Origin: an uncultured Actinomycetota bacterium
GTDB lineage: Bacteria > Actinomycetota > Actinomycetes > Propionibacteriales > Nocardioidaceae
Assembly (NCBI GenBank): GCA_963729015.1
Contig: CAVSMJ010000007.1
Span: forward strand, 13,094-77,093
Direction of reading: 5' to 3'
DNA length: 64,000 nt
The notes below the pieces were generated by a model. It worked only from the letters and a program-made list of their open reading frames with translations. It was not told where the DNA came from and ran no database searches. The stretch's first letter is position 1; each line of letters starts with the position of its first letter. The position numbers and the translations under genes were made by a program. Shown piece after piece: positions 44,793 to 54,468 of this stretch.

Positions 44793-45413
44793 ATGGCGAA
44801 GCGTTACGAGCAGTACTGTCCGATGGCTCATGCGCTCGACCTGGTCGGGGACCGCTGGGCCCTGCTCGTCATCCGCGAGCTGATGCACGGACCCAAGCGC
44901 TACACCGACCTCGTCGACAGCTTGCCGGGCATCGGGACGAACATCCTGGCGGCCCGGCTTCGAGACCTCGAGGGCCACGGCATCGTCGCCAGGCGCACCC
45001 TCCCTCCCCCGGCGGCGTCGAAGGTCTACGACCTGACCGACTACGGGCGCGAGCTGCGTCCGGCCATGCGCGAGCTGGCCCTCTGGGGCGCCCGCTCGCT
45101 GGGCCCACCCACCGACAAGGACGAGCTCTTCGACGGCTGGCTGGCCAACGCCATGGACACCGTGATCGCCCGCCTCGCCCCCGCCGGCCGCTTCGAGTTC
45201 CGCGCCGGCACCGAGGTCGCCTCCCTCGTCGACGGCGAGGTCGTCAACGGCCCGATCGAGGACCCGAACGTCGTGGTCGAGGGCGACGCCGACGCCATCT
45301 ACTCCCTCTTCGTGGAGCGCTGCTTCGACCTGGTGACCATCGACGGCGACCGCGAGCTCCTCGAGCAGCTCCTCGACGTGGCCCCCGAGCGGATCACCGA
45401 GCCCGCCGGATAG
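44793..45413 (+). CDS. HxlR family winged-helix regulator with SCP2-like C-terminus
   Basis: YEQYCPMAHALDLVGDRWALLVIRELM.GPKRYTDL, YDLTDYGREL; divergent from MFS. Confidence 0.9.
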   Translation: MAKRYEQYCPMAHALDLVGDRWALLVIRELMHGPKRYTDLVDSLPGIGTNILAARLRDLEGHGIVARRTLPPPAASKVYDLTDYGRELRPAMRELALWGARSLGPPTDKDELFDGWLANAMDTVIARLAPAGRFEFRAGTEVASLVDGEVVNGPIEDPNVVVEGDADAIYSLFVERCFDLVTIDGDRELLEQLLDVAPERITEPAG

Positions 45414-45464
45414 CCGGGCAAAAACCAGGCGCGGCCAGGCGCCACCCTGGTGTCTGATCGGCGC

Positions 45465-46333
45465 ATGGGCCGTCACGCTGGGCACCCCAGGGTCACCGAG
45501 ATGACTGAGGTCGTCGACGCGCTGCGCGAGTGGCAGTACGACGGGGCGCCGATGCAGCTGCACCCGGGAGACGTCGGCTGGTTCTGGCGCTTCGGTGCCG
45601 AAGCGACGGCCGCGGCGGTCCGGACGTGGAGCCGCGACGGACAGATCCTCGCCATCGGTCTGCAGGACGGACCCGCCCTGCTGCGGATGACGATCGCGCC
45701 GGACCACCACCACGACGAGGACCTGGCGCGCCGACTGGTGGCCGACCTCACCGATCCCGAGCGTGGCGTCCTGCCGCCCGGGAAGGCCAACGTCGAAGCG
45801 CCCGCAGGCGCACTGGTCGCACGACCTGCTGCTCGAGCACGGCTGGGGCACCGACGAGCCGTGGACGCCGCTGCGCCGTGATCTCACCGACCCGGTGGCG
45901 GAGCCCGGCGTCCGGATCGAGGTGACCGAGCCGGAGCAGGTGCACCTGCGCAGCGCCGTGCACCGGGCATCGTTCGACGGGTCGACGTTCAGCGACGAGC
46001 GCTGGCACGCGATGGCGGCCGGTCCGGCGTACGCCGACGCCCGGTGCCTGGTCGCGTACGACGACCAGGGCAACGCGGTCGCGGCAGTGACGGTGTGGTC
46101 CGCCGGCCCCGGGAGGCCGGGACTGCTCGAGCCGATGGGCGTGCACCGGGACCATCGCGGTCTCGGCCACGGCAGGGCCATCACCCTCGCCGCGGCCGCC
46201 GCCCTTCAGGAGCTGGGCTCCTCGAGCGCCATCGTCTGCACCCCGAGCTCGCTCGTCGGCGCCGTCGCGACGTACAAGGCGGCCGGCTTCCGGCCCCTCC
46301 CCGAGGTCCGGGACCGACGTCCGGGACGCCTGA
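45465..46333 (+). CDS. GNAT family N-acetyltransferase, frameshifted
   Basis: QLHPGDVGW, GLLEPMGVHRDHRGLGHG (acetyl-CoA motif A), AVATYKAAGF. Confidence 0.85.
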
Positions 46334-46481
46334 ACGCCCCTGCACACAACGGGAAACTCGGGTCGAGCCGGTGCGGAACAGCAGGTACCCGTCGGGTTCC
46401 GGGCATCTCGGATTCGTCCCGTTGCCGGCAGCGCAGGCAAGGCGTAGACCGGAAGGAAGCCCTCTCGGAGAGGAGCGGGTC

Positions 46482-47771
46482 ATGGTCGATCTCGCCTGCT
46501 CGTCGCCGGACTCACCGCCGCCCTGGCCACCACCGTCGCAACAGCACCCGTTTCACCAACGGCGCGACGCGGCCGGCCGTCAGCCATCGCAGCCAGACAC
46601 CTACGTGTCGGCCTGGGACGCCGTGGGGACGCAGGCCTTCACGGCCGCGGCACTCACCCCCGCCGAGGGCCACGTCATCTTCGGGTACGCCGGCATCGCG
46701 GTGTACGACGCCGTGATGGCGGTCCAGCGCACGTACGAACCCTTCGCCATCCGCACCCGCGCACCGCGTGGTTCGTCGCCCGAGGCCGCCGTGGTCGCGG
46801 CCGCCCATGCGATCTACGAGCACTACCTCCCGGGCCAGGAGGCCACGATCCTCGACCCGGCGTACGACACGTCCCTGGCCACCATCCCCGACGGCCAGGC
46901 GAAGGACGACGGTGTCGCCGTAGGTCGTCGCGTGGCCAACGCGTTCATCGCGCTGCGCGCGGACGACGGCTTCCGCGCCGACGTCGGCTACACCCCGCCG
47001 AGTCCGGCGGGTCCGGGCGACTGGGTCCCGACCACTCCCACTCCACCCATCGGGACGTACCTCGGGCAGATGGACACCTTCGCCCTCGAGTCCGCCGACC
47101 AGTTCCGGCCGGACGGACCTCCCTCGCTGGGGAGCCGACGCTGGGCTCGTGACTACAACGAGGTCAAGGAGATCGGCTCGCGGACGAGCACGACTCGCGA
47201 GGACTGGCAGACGACGGCGGCGCTGTTCTGGGCCGAGCCACCGGTCCAGCAGGCGCACCTCGCCCTGCGCGGGGTCATCACCCAGCACCAGCTGGACGTC
47301 GGCCAGGCCGCCCGGATGATGGCGATGGCGTCGGTGGCGTACGCCGACGGGATCATCGCCTGCTACGACGCCAAGTATCTCTACGAGTTCTGGCGGCCGG
47401 TGACCGCGATCCAGAAGGGCGACACCGACGGCAACGACGCCACCGTCGGCGACACGTCCTGGCTCCCTCTCCTGGCCGTGACTCCGAACCATCCCGACTA
47501 CCCCAGCGCCCACTCGTGCGTCACGCCTGCTGGTGCCGAGGCGCTGGCGGCGTTCCTCGGAACCCGACGCATCGACCTGACGGTCCCGAGCCTGACCGGG
47601 TTGGGCGACCGCCACTTCGGCACGGTCAGGCAGCTGACCAGGGAGGTCGGCGAGGCGCGGATCTGGGGCGGCATCCACTTCCGCTCGGCCGTCGAGGACG
47701 GCATCAGGATCGCCAGGCAGACAGCGGACGAGGTGCTGGAGGGCAACTTCGAACCGACCGGGCGGCGCTGA
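46482..47771 (+). CDS. Secreted vanadium-dependent haloperoxidase/PAP2-like protein
   Basis: AKYLYEFWRP, TPNHPDYPSAH, EARIWGGIHFR (three vanadate/phosphate-binding motifs); signal-peptide-like N-terminus LLVAGLTAALATTVA in an adjacent frame. Confidence 0.8.
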   Translation: MVDLACSSPDSPPPWPPPSQQHPFHQRRDAAGRQPSQPDTYVSAWDAVGTQAFTAAALTPAEGHVIFGYAGIAVYDAVMAVQRTYEPFAIRTRAPRGSSPEAAVVAAAHAIYEHYLPGQEATILDPAYDTSLATIPDGQAKDDGVAVGRRVANAFIALRADDGFRADVGYTPPSPAGPGDWVPTTPTPPIGTYLGQMDTFALESADQFRPDGPPSLGSRRWARDYNEVKEIGSRTSTTREDWQTTAALFWAEPPVQQAHLALRGVITQHQLDVGQAARMMAMASVAYADGIIACYDAKYLYEFWRPVTAIQKGDTDGNDATVGDTSWLPLLAVTPNHPDYPSAHSCVTPAGAEALAAFLGTRRIDLTVPSLTGLGDRHFGTVRQLTREVGEARIWGGIHFRSAVEDGIRIARQTADEVLEGNFEPTGRR

Positions 47772-47790
47772 CCCGAGTCGCTGGTCGCCC

Positions 47791-47808
47791 GTCTTACCGT
47801 TGTCTTAC
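47791..47808. promoter_or_regulatory. Direct repeat GTCTTAC with 11-bp period (OmpR-family-like site)
   Basis: gtcttac-cgtt-gtcttac, about 65 nt upstream of the Mo-oxidoreductase. Confidence 0.5.
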
Positions 47809-47871
47809 GCATCCCCTGATCCGGCCGTACGCAGGGGACGCACGGCCCCGTGGTGAGGCACTCTGTGGAAC

Positions 47872-49113
47872 GTGGCCGCTGCCCTCGAGACTTCGGGAGA
47901 CGACCCAGCGCCTTCGAGGTCGGCTGGGGCGAAGAGGCCGTCCTGGTGGCCCCACTTCTCCAGCCCGCTGCGATCGACCGCGGTCACGGCTCGGCTCGGA
48001 CGAGTCCTCGGCATCGGCTTCGCCATCTGCTTCGTCACCGGGATGCTGAGCCACTACCAGTACCAGCCGTGGTCCTGGCTCCCCGAACCCGCCAGCCCGA
48101 GGCAGCTCTACCGCTTCACCCAGGGCCTGCACATCGCCACGGGAGTGGCCTGCATCCCACTGCTCCTGGTCAAGCTGTGGTCGGTCTACCCGAACCTCTT
48201 CCGCTGGCCGCCGCTTCGATCTGTCAAGCATGCGGTGGAGCGACTGTCGGTGTTCGTGCTGGTGGCCTCGGCCCTGGTGCAGCTGACCACCGGGTTCCTC
48301 AACACCCTCGACTGGTACCCGTGGCCGTGGTCCTTCCCCTCCACCCACCGCTACCTGGCGTACGTCGTGATCGGCTCCGTGCTGATCCACATCGGGGTGA
48401 AGCTCCCGGACATCAAGTACGGGCTGCAGGCGCGACTCTCCGAGGCCGACGTGCTCACGGAGATCCCCTGGAGCGAGAACCCGAAGGCGCACAGCAACGC
48501 GGGCGTCGTACCGCTCGAGCCGATGCCTGCCCTCGACCGGCGCGGTCTCTTCGTCGCGGTCGGTTCCGGCATCGGGGCCATCGTGCTCACCACGGTCGGG
48601 CAGACGTTGACGCCCCTGTCCCGCGTGGGCCTGCTGGCCACCAGGCAGGCCTCGAAGGGACCGCAGGAAGTGCCGGTGAACAAGACGGCCGCGCAGGCCG
48701 ACGTCCTCGAGCTGGCTCGTTCGGCCGACTGGGCTCTGGAGGTGTCCGGCCCGGCTCCGTTCCGGCTGACCCTGTCCGAGCTCGAGTCGATGGCGAAGAA
48801 GGCGCGTCGCTTCCCGATCAGCTGCGTGGAGGGATGGAGCGTCGGTGCGGACTGGCTGGGCGTCCCACTCATCGACGTCGTACGGCGGGCCGGCGGCGAC
48901 GAGTCCTCGCACGTGCGGCTGGTCTCGCTCCAGCCGCACGGCGCGTACAACCACAGCACCGTCGAAGGTCCGCAGGTCAGCGCCGCGCTGCTGGCCACCC
49001 ACCTCAACGGCGAGCGGCTCGACATCGACCACGGCTACCCGCTGCGCCTGATCGCGCCCAACCGTGCCGGCGTCCTGAACACCAAGTGGCTGACCCGGGT
49101 GGAGGTGACCTGA
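47872..49113 (+). CDS. Membrane-anchored molybdopterin-dependent oxidoreductase (sulfite oxidase/MsrP-like)
   Basis: N-terminal TMs with His residues; PISCVEGWS (Mo-ligand Cys), DHGYPLRLIAPNRAGVLNTKW. Confidence 0.85.
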   Translation: MAAALETSGDDPAPSRSAGAKRPSWWPHFSSPLRSTAVTARLGRVLGIGFAICFVTGMLSHYQYQPWSWLPEPASPRQLYRFTQGLHIATGVACIPLLLVKLWSVYPNLFRWPPLRSVKHAVERLSVFVLVASALVQLTTGFLNTLDWYPWPWSFPSTHRYLAYVVIGSVLIHIGVKLPDIKYGLQARLSEADVLTEIPWSENPKAHSNAGVVPLEPMPALDRRGLFVAVGSGIGAIVLTTVGQTLTPLSRVGLLATRQASKGPQEVPVNKTAAQADVLELARSADWALEVSGPAPFRLTLSELESMAKKARRFPISCVEGWSVGADWLGVPLIDVVRRAGGDESSHVRLVSLQPHGAYNHSTVEGPQVSAALLATHLNGERLDIDHGYPLRLIAPNRAGVLNTKWLTRVEVT

Positions 49114-49114
49114 C

Positions 49115-49524
49115 ATGCGTCCCTACCGGATCGGCCTGTGCGCAGCCGGCGGCCTGCTCCTCGCGTTCGGCGCCTTCCGCCTGCTGACCGAGCTCCCCGC
49201 GAGTGACCTCGTGGCGTTGGCGCTCTGGCTGGTGGCGGCCGTCGCCCTGCACGACGGCCTGATCGCACCACTCACGGTGGGCGTGGGCGTCACCCTGACG
49301 CGGTTGCCGGCGCGTGCACGGCGCTACGTCCAGGGAGCCCTTGTCGTCGGCGCCTTGATCACCGTCGTGGCGATCCCACTGATAGATCGCCGTGACACAC
49401 AACCAGCGGTCAAGGCCATCCTGCTGCGCAACTACGCGGGCAACCTGGCCCTGCTCCTCGGACTCACCGCGGCGGTCGCGCTGGTGCTCTACGCCTGCGA
49501 GTCGTCCGCGACCGCGCCGAGTAG
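49115..49524 (+). CDS. Hypothetical 4-TM membrane protein (partner of the Mo-oxidoreductase)
   Basis: WLVAAVALHDGLIAP, LLRNY; probable stop TAG 49522-49524 after an indel. Confidence 0.7.
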
Positions 49525-49664
49525 GGAGCTGCCGGGGCCACCGCGAGCAGGACGCGCAGGTCGGGCTGCTTGAACGGGACCGAGGAGAAGTCGCCTGCGT
49601 AGTAGCCGTTGTGCGGGTGTACGCGACGGTCTGTGTAGGTGCCGCTCTCGATGATCCGGTCCAT
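49525..49664 (-). pseudogene. Possible gene remnant or small ORF with coding-like codon bias
   Basis: MDRIIESGTYTDRRVHPHNGYYAGDFSSVPFKQPDLRVLL with mostly G/C third positions, then runs into the convergent gene. Confidence 0.35.
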
Positions 49665-49833
49665 TGCCTTGCCTCTCGCTGCGTTTGGAGATGGCTCCAG
49701 CACACGCCATTTCGTGTCTCCCGGCGATGGGGCCAAGCGCCCGGCCGTTGGCGGTGACCGACCGGTTCGGGGTGCCTCCCGTGCGGTCAGCACGACCTCC
49801 GGGGTGGGGTCATCCCCTGGCGACCGGAAGACG

Positions 49834-50331
49834 TCAGCGCAACGCCAGCGAACCCGAGACGTCGGGCTCCCACGGCAGGCTGGACTGAGCGGCGATCTGC
49901 TGGTCCAGGTCGGCCGCGACATCCTCGGGCCACGGAGCCGTGCGCCGGGTCTCCATGTCGATGTGCAGCAGGATCTCCTCCATCACGAAGCTCAGCCGCT
50001 GGTGTGAGTCGTCGAGCAGGTACACCAACGCGTGCGCGGCCCGCTCCGAGCGCCCGAGCAGCCGCACCCGCGAGGAGATCCGGTCGCCGGTCAGCAGCTC
50101 GGCCAGGTAGGTCAGATGGTGCTCCGCGGAGAAGCAGGCATGCCCCTGGGCCGGCCAGTTCTGCGGGATCCCCACGTCGACCAGGGACTCGTCGAGGCCC
50201 TCACTGGCGATCCCGGTGTAGTGGCGGACGTTGAGGTGACCGTTGGCGTCCTCGAAGGGCACCGGGACCGGCTGCTCGGTGTACGCCGGCAGGACGACGA
50301 GCTGCTCGTACGTGGGATGGGTTGGGCTCAC
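49834..50331 (-). CDS. Thioesterase (4HBT/hotdog) family protein
   Basis: FEDANGHLNVRHY, FSAEHHLTYLAEL, LHIDMETRRTAPWP. Confidence 0.85.
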   Translation of the reverse strand: MSPTHPTYEQLVVLPAYTEQPVPVPFEDANGHLNVRHYTGIASEGLDESLVDVGIPQNWPAQGHACFSAEHHLTYLAELLTGDRISSRVRLLGRSERAAHALVYLLDDSHQRLSFVMEEILLHIDMETRRTAPWPEDVAADLDQQIAAQSSLPWEPDVSGSLALR

Positions 50332-50376
50332 GCATCGTGACGCTACAGGGATCGGTCGACTGGCTACGCTCAGGCC

Positions 50377-51177
50377 GTGCCCCTGCTCGAGCGCCCTGAC
50401 ACTGCCCGCATCTCGTGGGAGACCGACGGTCCCGACGACGCCCCGGCCGTCCTGCTCATCATGGGGTTGGCCTACCCGGCAGCGATGTGGTTCCGCCTGC
50501 TGCCCTCGCTCACCGAGCGCTACCGCGTGATCCGGGTCGACAACCGCGGCGCCGGTCTCACCGGCGACGTGCCGGGAGCGCCGTACACCGTCGAGACGAT
50601 GGCCGCGGACTGCCTGGCTGTCCTGGACGCAGCCGACGTGCGGACCGCCCACGTCATGGGCATCTCCATGGGTGGCCTGATGGCCCAGGAGATCGCCCTC
50701 ACCGCGCCGGAGCGGGTTCGTTCGCTGTGCCTGCTCGCGACGCATCCCGGGATCACGCATGCCGTCATGAACCCCGACGCCATGGCGATCCTGGGGAAGC
50801 GAGGAGAGCTGACGCCTGAACAGGCGGCCAAGGCGTCCATCCCGTTCAACTACGCCCCCTCGACCCCGCGCGAGCGCATCGAGGAGGACTGGGCGGTGCG
50901 GTTGCCCCTGGCCGCCACGAACGCGGGCTACCTCGCCCAGGCCGCCGGCACGTCGTTCTGGGACCGGTACGACCGCCTCGACCAGATCACGGCCCCGACC
51001 CTGGTCGTGCACGGAGAGCTCGACGCGCTCGTCCCGCCGGAGAACGGCCGCATCCTCGCCGACCGCATTCCCGGAGCTGTGCTCGTGACCGTCCCGCAGG
51101 CCAACCACCTCCTCGGCACCGACCAGCCGGAGCAGGTCTCCGCGGCGCTGGTCAGCTGGCTGGACCGCCACCGCTGA
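50377..51177 (+). CDS. Alpha/beta fold hydrolase
   Basis: LLIMGLA, DNRGAG, GISMGG (nucleophile elbow), HGELDALVP, ANH. Confidence 0.9.
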   Translation: MPLLERPDTARISWETDGPDDAPAVLLIMGLAYPAAMWFRLLPSLTERYRVIRVDNRGAGLTGDVPGAPYTVETMAADCLAVLDAADVRTAHVMGISMGGLMAQEIALTAPERVRSLCLLATHPGITHAVMNPDAMAILGKRGELTPEQAAKASIPFNYAPSTPRERIEEDWAVRLPLAATNAGYLAQAAGTSFWDRYDRLDQITAPTLVVHGELDALVPPENGRILADRIPGAVLVTVPQANHLLGTDQPEQVSAALVSWLDRHR

Positions 51178-51184
51178 GACCAGC

Positions 51185-51793
51185 TCAGCGAGCACCCGGG
51201 AGTCGACCGAAGGTGCGCAGCACGTGCTCGAGCGTGGACGCGATCACTTCCTGCGTGGACTCGCGTGTGGCCTCCCCGCGCAGCCAGCGACGCGTGGCGG
51301 CCCGGTTCAGTCCGGTCCAGCACTCCAGGGCGTGCTGCAGACGCGGCGAGTCCTGGGCGATGTCGGCGTGAAAGGTCGCGAGCAGCGCGACGGCGCGACT
51401 CACCAGGTCGGCGACCACCCGCCTCACGTCGGGATCGACGATGTCCTCACCGGGGGCGATCGTGCCGAGGTACATGGTCCGGTTCGCCTCGGTCCAGTCC
51501 AACCAACGTGACACCGAGTCGGCCACGCGGTCCCGGGCGGTCCGGCCATCGGGCGGCCTCAGCAGCTCCTCGCGAAGCCCTCCGACCCGCTCGAGCAGGG
51601 CGAGGTAGACCTCCTTGCGACCGCCGAAGTAGTGGTGCACGAGTCCGCGAGCGACACCCGCGCCCTTGGCGATGTCGTCGATCGTGACCACGTCGTAGCC
51701 GCGCTCCGCGAACAGCTCGTTGGCGGCGTCGAGGATCTGCCCGCGCCGCGTCGCGGGGTCGAGCCTCTGGTACTTGCGCGGCGGCGTGGTCAC
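51185..51793 (-). CDS. TetR family transcriptional regulator
   Basis: RRGQILDAANELFAERGYDVVTIDDIAKGAGVARGLVHHYFGGRKE. Confidence 0.9.
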   Translation of the reverse strand: MTTPPRKYQRLDPATRRGQILDAANELFAERGYDVVTIDDIAKGAGVARGLVHHYFGGRKEVYLALLERVGGLREELLRPPDGRTARDRVADSVSRWLDWTEANRTMYLGTIAPGEDIVDPDVRRVVADLVSRAVALLATFHADIAQDSPRLQHALECWTGLNRAATRRWLRGEATRESTQEVIASTLEHVLRTFGRLPGAR

Positions 51794-51812
51794 CGACGTC
51801 ACTCTACAGAGA

Positions 51813-51852
51813 GTTGGCACTTCGTCAACAAGGCTGTTAGCATTCCGCCAAC
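51813..51852. promoter_or_regulatory. Two TetR-type palindromes GTTRGC-N5-GYCAAC upstream of tetR
   Basis: gttggcacttcgtcaac (51813-51829) and gttagcattccgccaac (51836-51852). Confidence 0.65.
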
Positions 51853-52006
51853 AACGACCTCGGGCTCGCTCACAGATTTCCGCTCCTGTCGCGAGGGGGG
51901 TCAACAGGAGTGGATCGGATGGTGGCGGTCTCGGGGCCGTCGCCTTTCCCCTTCCTCCGCGCACGCCCCCTGGGGGAATCGACGGGCCAGGACTACGCTG
52001 CTCGAC

Positions 52007-52462
52007 ATGGATGGCGGCTCGGACCTCGCCGACTTCGCGCACCTGGTGCCGTCCGATCATGGGCTGTGCGTCGTCGTGACGCGTCGATCCGACCTGACGC
52101 CGCACACCTCCGTGGTGAACGCGGGGGTCGTGCGCCACCCGTCCACCGGCCTCGAGTCCGTCGCCTTCGTCTCGGTCAGCTCGACACGCAAACTGATCAA
52201 CCTGCGCCGGGACCCCACGATCGCCGTGGTGATCCGTGCCGGCTGGCAGTGGGTCTCCGTCGAGGGTCAGGCCGCACTGGTGGGGCCTGACGACCCCGAG
52301 CCCGGCGTGAGCGACGAGCAGCTGCGTCTCCTGCGCCGAGAGATCTTCAGTGCAGCAGGCGGCGAGCACGACAACTGGGCGGAGTTCGACGAGACCATGG
52401 AGTTGGAGCGACGTACTGCTGTGTTCGTCGCCCCGCAGAGGGTGGTCTCCCAACTGGGCTGA
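52007..52462 (+). CDS. PPOX-class F420-dependent oxidoreductase
   Basis: SVVNAGVVRHP, KLINLRRDP, RAGWQWVSVEG, REIFSAAGGEHDNWAEFD. Confidence 0.85.
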   Translation: MDGGSDLADFAHLVPSDHGLCVVVTRRSDLTPHTSVVNAGVVRHPSTGLESVAFVSVSSTRKLINLRRDPTIAVVIRAGWQWVSVEGQAALVGPDDPEPGVSDEQLRLLRREIFSAAGGEHDNWAEFDETMELERRTAVFVAPQRVVSQLG

Positions 52463-52543
52463 CGGGAGCGCATCGTGAAGCTCGAGCCCTTTCCCCTTCT
52501 TCGCCCACTCGACTGAGTTGAGCCCGCCGCATAGCCTCGATCC

Positions 52544-52927
52544 ATGCCCACGATCGAACTCACCGCGGAGAACTTCGAGGAGAGCGTGCAGGACAACGAG
52601 ATCCTGTTCGTCGACTTCTGGGCGAGCTGGTGCGGTCCGTGTCGCCAGTTCGCGCCGACCTACGAGGCCGCCTCGGAGGCCAACCCTGACCTGACCTTCG
52701 GGTCGGTGAACACCGAGGAGCAGCACCAGCTCTCGAGCGCGGCGCAGGTGTCCTCGATCCCCACGCTGATGGCGTTCCGCGACGGCATCCTGGTGTTCTC
52801 CCAGCCGGGCGCGCTGCCTCCCGCGGCGCTCGACCAGCTGATCAAGGCGGTGCGGGACCTCGACATGGACGACGTACGACGCCAGATCGCCGCCCAGGAC
52901 CCGGCCCAGCAGCCTGCGAACGACTGA
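52544..52927 (+). CDS. Thioredoxin
   Basis: VDFWASWCGPC, SIPTLM, FSQPGALP. Confidence 0.95.
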   Translation: MPTIELTAENFEESVQDNEILFVDFWASWCGPCRQFAPTYEAASEANPDLTFGSVNTEEQHQLSSAAQVSSIPTLMAFRDGILVFSQPGALPPAALDQLIKAVRDLDMDDVRRQIAAQDPAQQPAND

Positions 52928-52938
52928 GCCGGAGCGAC

Positions 52939-53515
52939 ATGGACGCCGCCGCCTGGGACGAGAGGTACGCCGCCACGGCGCTCGTGTGGTCGGCCGGCCC
53001 CAACCAGTTCGTCGAGTCCGAGCTGTCCGACCTTCCGCCCGGCCGGGCGCTCGACCTCGCCTGCGGGGAGGGGCGCAATGCCCGCTGGCTGGCCGAACGG
53101 GGCTGGCAGGTCACCGCGATCGACTGGTCGAGCGTGGCCGTCGAGAAGGGCCGCCAGGTCAACGACGCGGTGGACTGGCAGGTCGGTGACGCCCTCACCG
53201 CTCCCCTGCCGACCGAGCTCGACCTCGTCGTGCTGGCCTACTTCCAGGTGAGCGACCACGCCCGTCGCACCGCAGTCCAGCGAGTCGTTCGACGCCCTGA
53301 GGCGGGGAGGCACCCTCTTCGTCGTCGCCCACGACTCCACCAACCTCACCGATGGCACAGGCGGGCCGCAGGACCCGAGCGTGCTCTACACCGCGGAGGA
53401 CGTGCTCGACGACCTCGCCGGCGCCGCCCTCGACGTCGCACGGGCCGAGCGGGTGCCGCGGGTGGTCGAGGCCGGCACGGCCTGGGACGCCCTCGCCCGC
53501 GTGGTCCGCAGGTGA
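52939..53515 (+). CDS. Class I SAM-dependent methyltransferase, frameshifted
   Basis: WDERY..VWSAGPN, ALDLACGEGRNARWLA; C-terminus VVAHDSTNLTDGTGGPQDP in an alternative frame ending TGA 53513-53515. Confidence 0.85.
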
Positions 53516-54468
53516 CCCCCACCCAGCTGCGCGCCTTCGCGTGCGTGGTCCGTCGCGGCTCGGTGAAGGCCGCGGCCGTGGAGCTCGGCACGACCGAGTC
53601 GGCGGTGTCGATGAACCTCAAGCAGCTGCGCACCGAGCTCGACGACCCCCTCTTCACCCGCACGCCGTCCGGCCTGGCGTTCACTCCGGGCGGGCTGCGA
53701 CTGGCCAGCCGCGCCATGGAGATCCTCGACCTGCAGAGCCGGACGGTGCTCGAGGTCAGCGAGGCCGGAGCCGGACGACGGATGCTGCGGCTCGCCTCGT
53801 CGGGCCTCTTCGCCGAGCACGCCGCACCCGGGCTGATCAGCCTGTTCACCAGCCGGGCGCGCGACCTCGACGTCGAGCTCAGTGTCCACCCGGTCACGGA
53901 CTTCGCCGACCTGCTGGCCTCCCGCGCCGTCGACGTGGCCCTCGGGCCGGCCGCGCAGCAGACCCGACGCGGCCTGGTGCAGCAGACGTTCCTCGACTAC
54001 GAGGTCGTCGTGGTCGCCGCGCCCGAGCACCCGGTCGCGGTGGGCTCGGTGGGCCTCGACCAGCTCGGCCACCAGGTCTGGCACCTCGGACCCGGGGCCA
54101 CCGAACCGGCCGGCGAGACCTCGACCGTGCTCGGCCGGCTGAAGGTGCCCGAGAAGCGGCAACGCATCTTCCAGAGCGACGCCGCTGCCCTCGGCGAGAC
54201 CCGACGCGGCATGGGACTCGGCATCGCGGTCGGCTTCACGGTGCGTGACGACCTCCGCGCCGGCCGGCTGGTGCGCATCGACTCACCGCAGCTGACCAGC
54301 CGCGGATCCTGGGCGACCTGGTCCCTGCCGGGCGACCAGCAGATCTCGGCCGCGGCCGAGCTGGTCCGCTTCGTCGCCACTCCCCGGGCCACGCAGGCGA
54401 TGCTCCGCGGCGAGGCGGCCGGCGTCGGCCGGTTCCGCCCGGCCGTGCACGTCACCTTGTGGAGCTGA
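53512..54468 (+). CDS. LysR family regulator (CutR-like, CO dehydrogenase associated)
   Basis: TPTQLRAF, GSVKAAAVELG, LDDPLFTR, FTPGGLRLASRA, FAEHAAPGLI, C-terminal HVTLWS; convergent with the cox cluster. Confidence 0.85.
   Translation: MTPTQLRAFACVVRRGSVKAAAVELGTTESAVSMNLKQLRTELDDPLFTRTPSGLAFTPGGLRLASRAMEILDLQSRTVLEVSEAGAGRRMLRLASSGLFAEHAAPGLISLFTSRARDLDVELSVHPVTDFADLLASRAVDVALGPAAQQTRRGLVQQTFLDYEVVVVAAPEHPVAVGSVGLDQLGHQVWHLGPGATEPAGETSTVLGRLKVPEKRQRIFQSDAAALGETRRGMGLGIAVGFTVRDDLRAGRLVRIDSPQLTSRGSWATWSLPGDQQISAAAELVRFVATPRATQAMLRGEAAGVGRFRPAVHVTLWS

Noticed and set aside
46334-46481. Possible structured RNA or riboswitch upstream of the haloperoxidase-like gene
   Set aside because: No recognisable family consensus or convincing long stem by eye; an Rfam scan would be needed.
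52939-54468. 509-aa methyltransferase-LysR fusion ORF
   Set aside because: An indel near 53285 shifts the frame; the methyltransferase ends at 53515 and LysR starts at GTG 53512.
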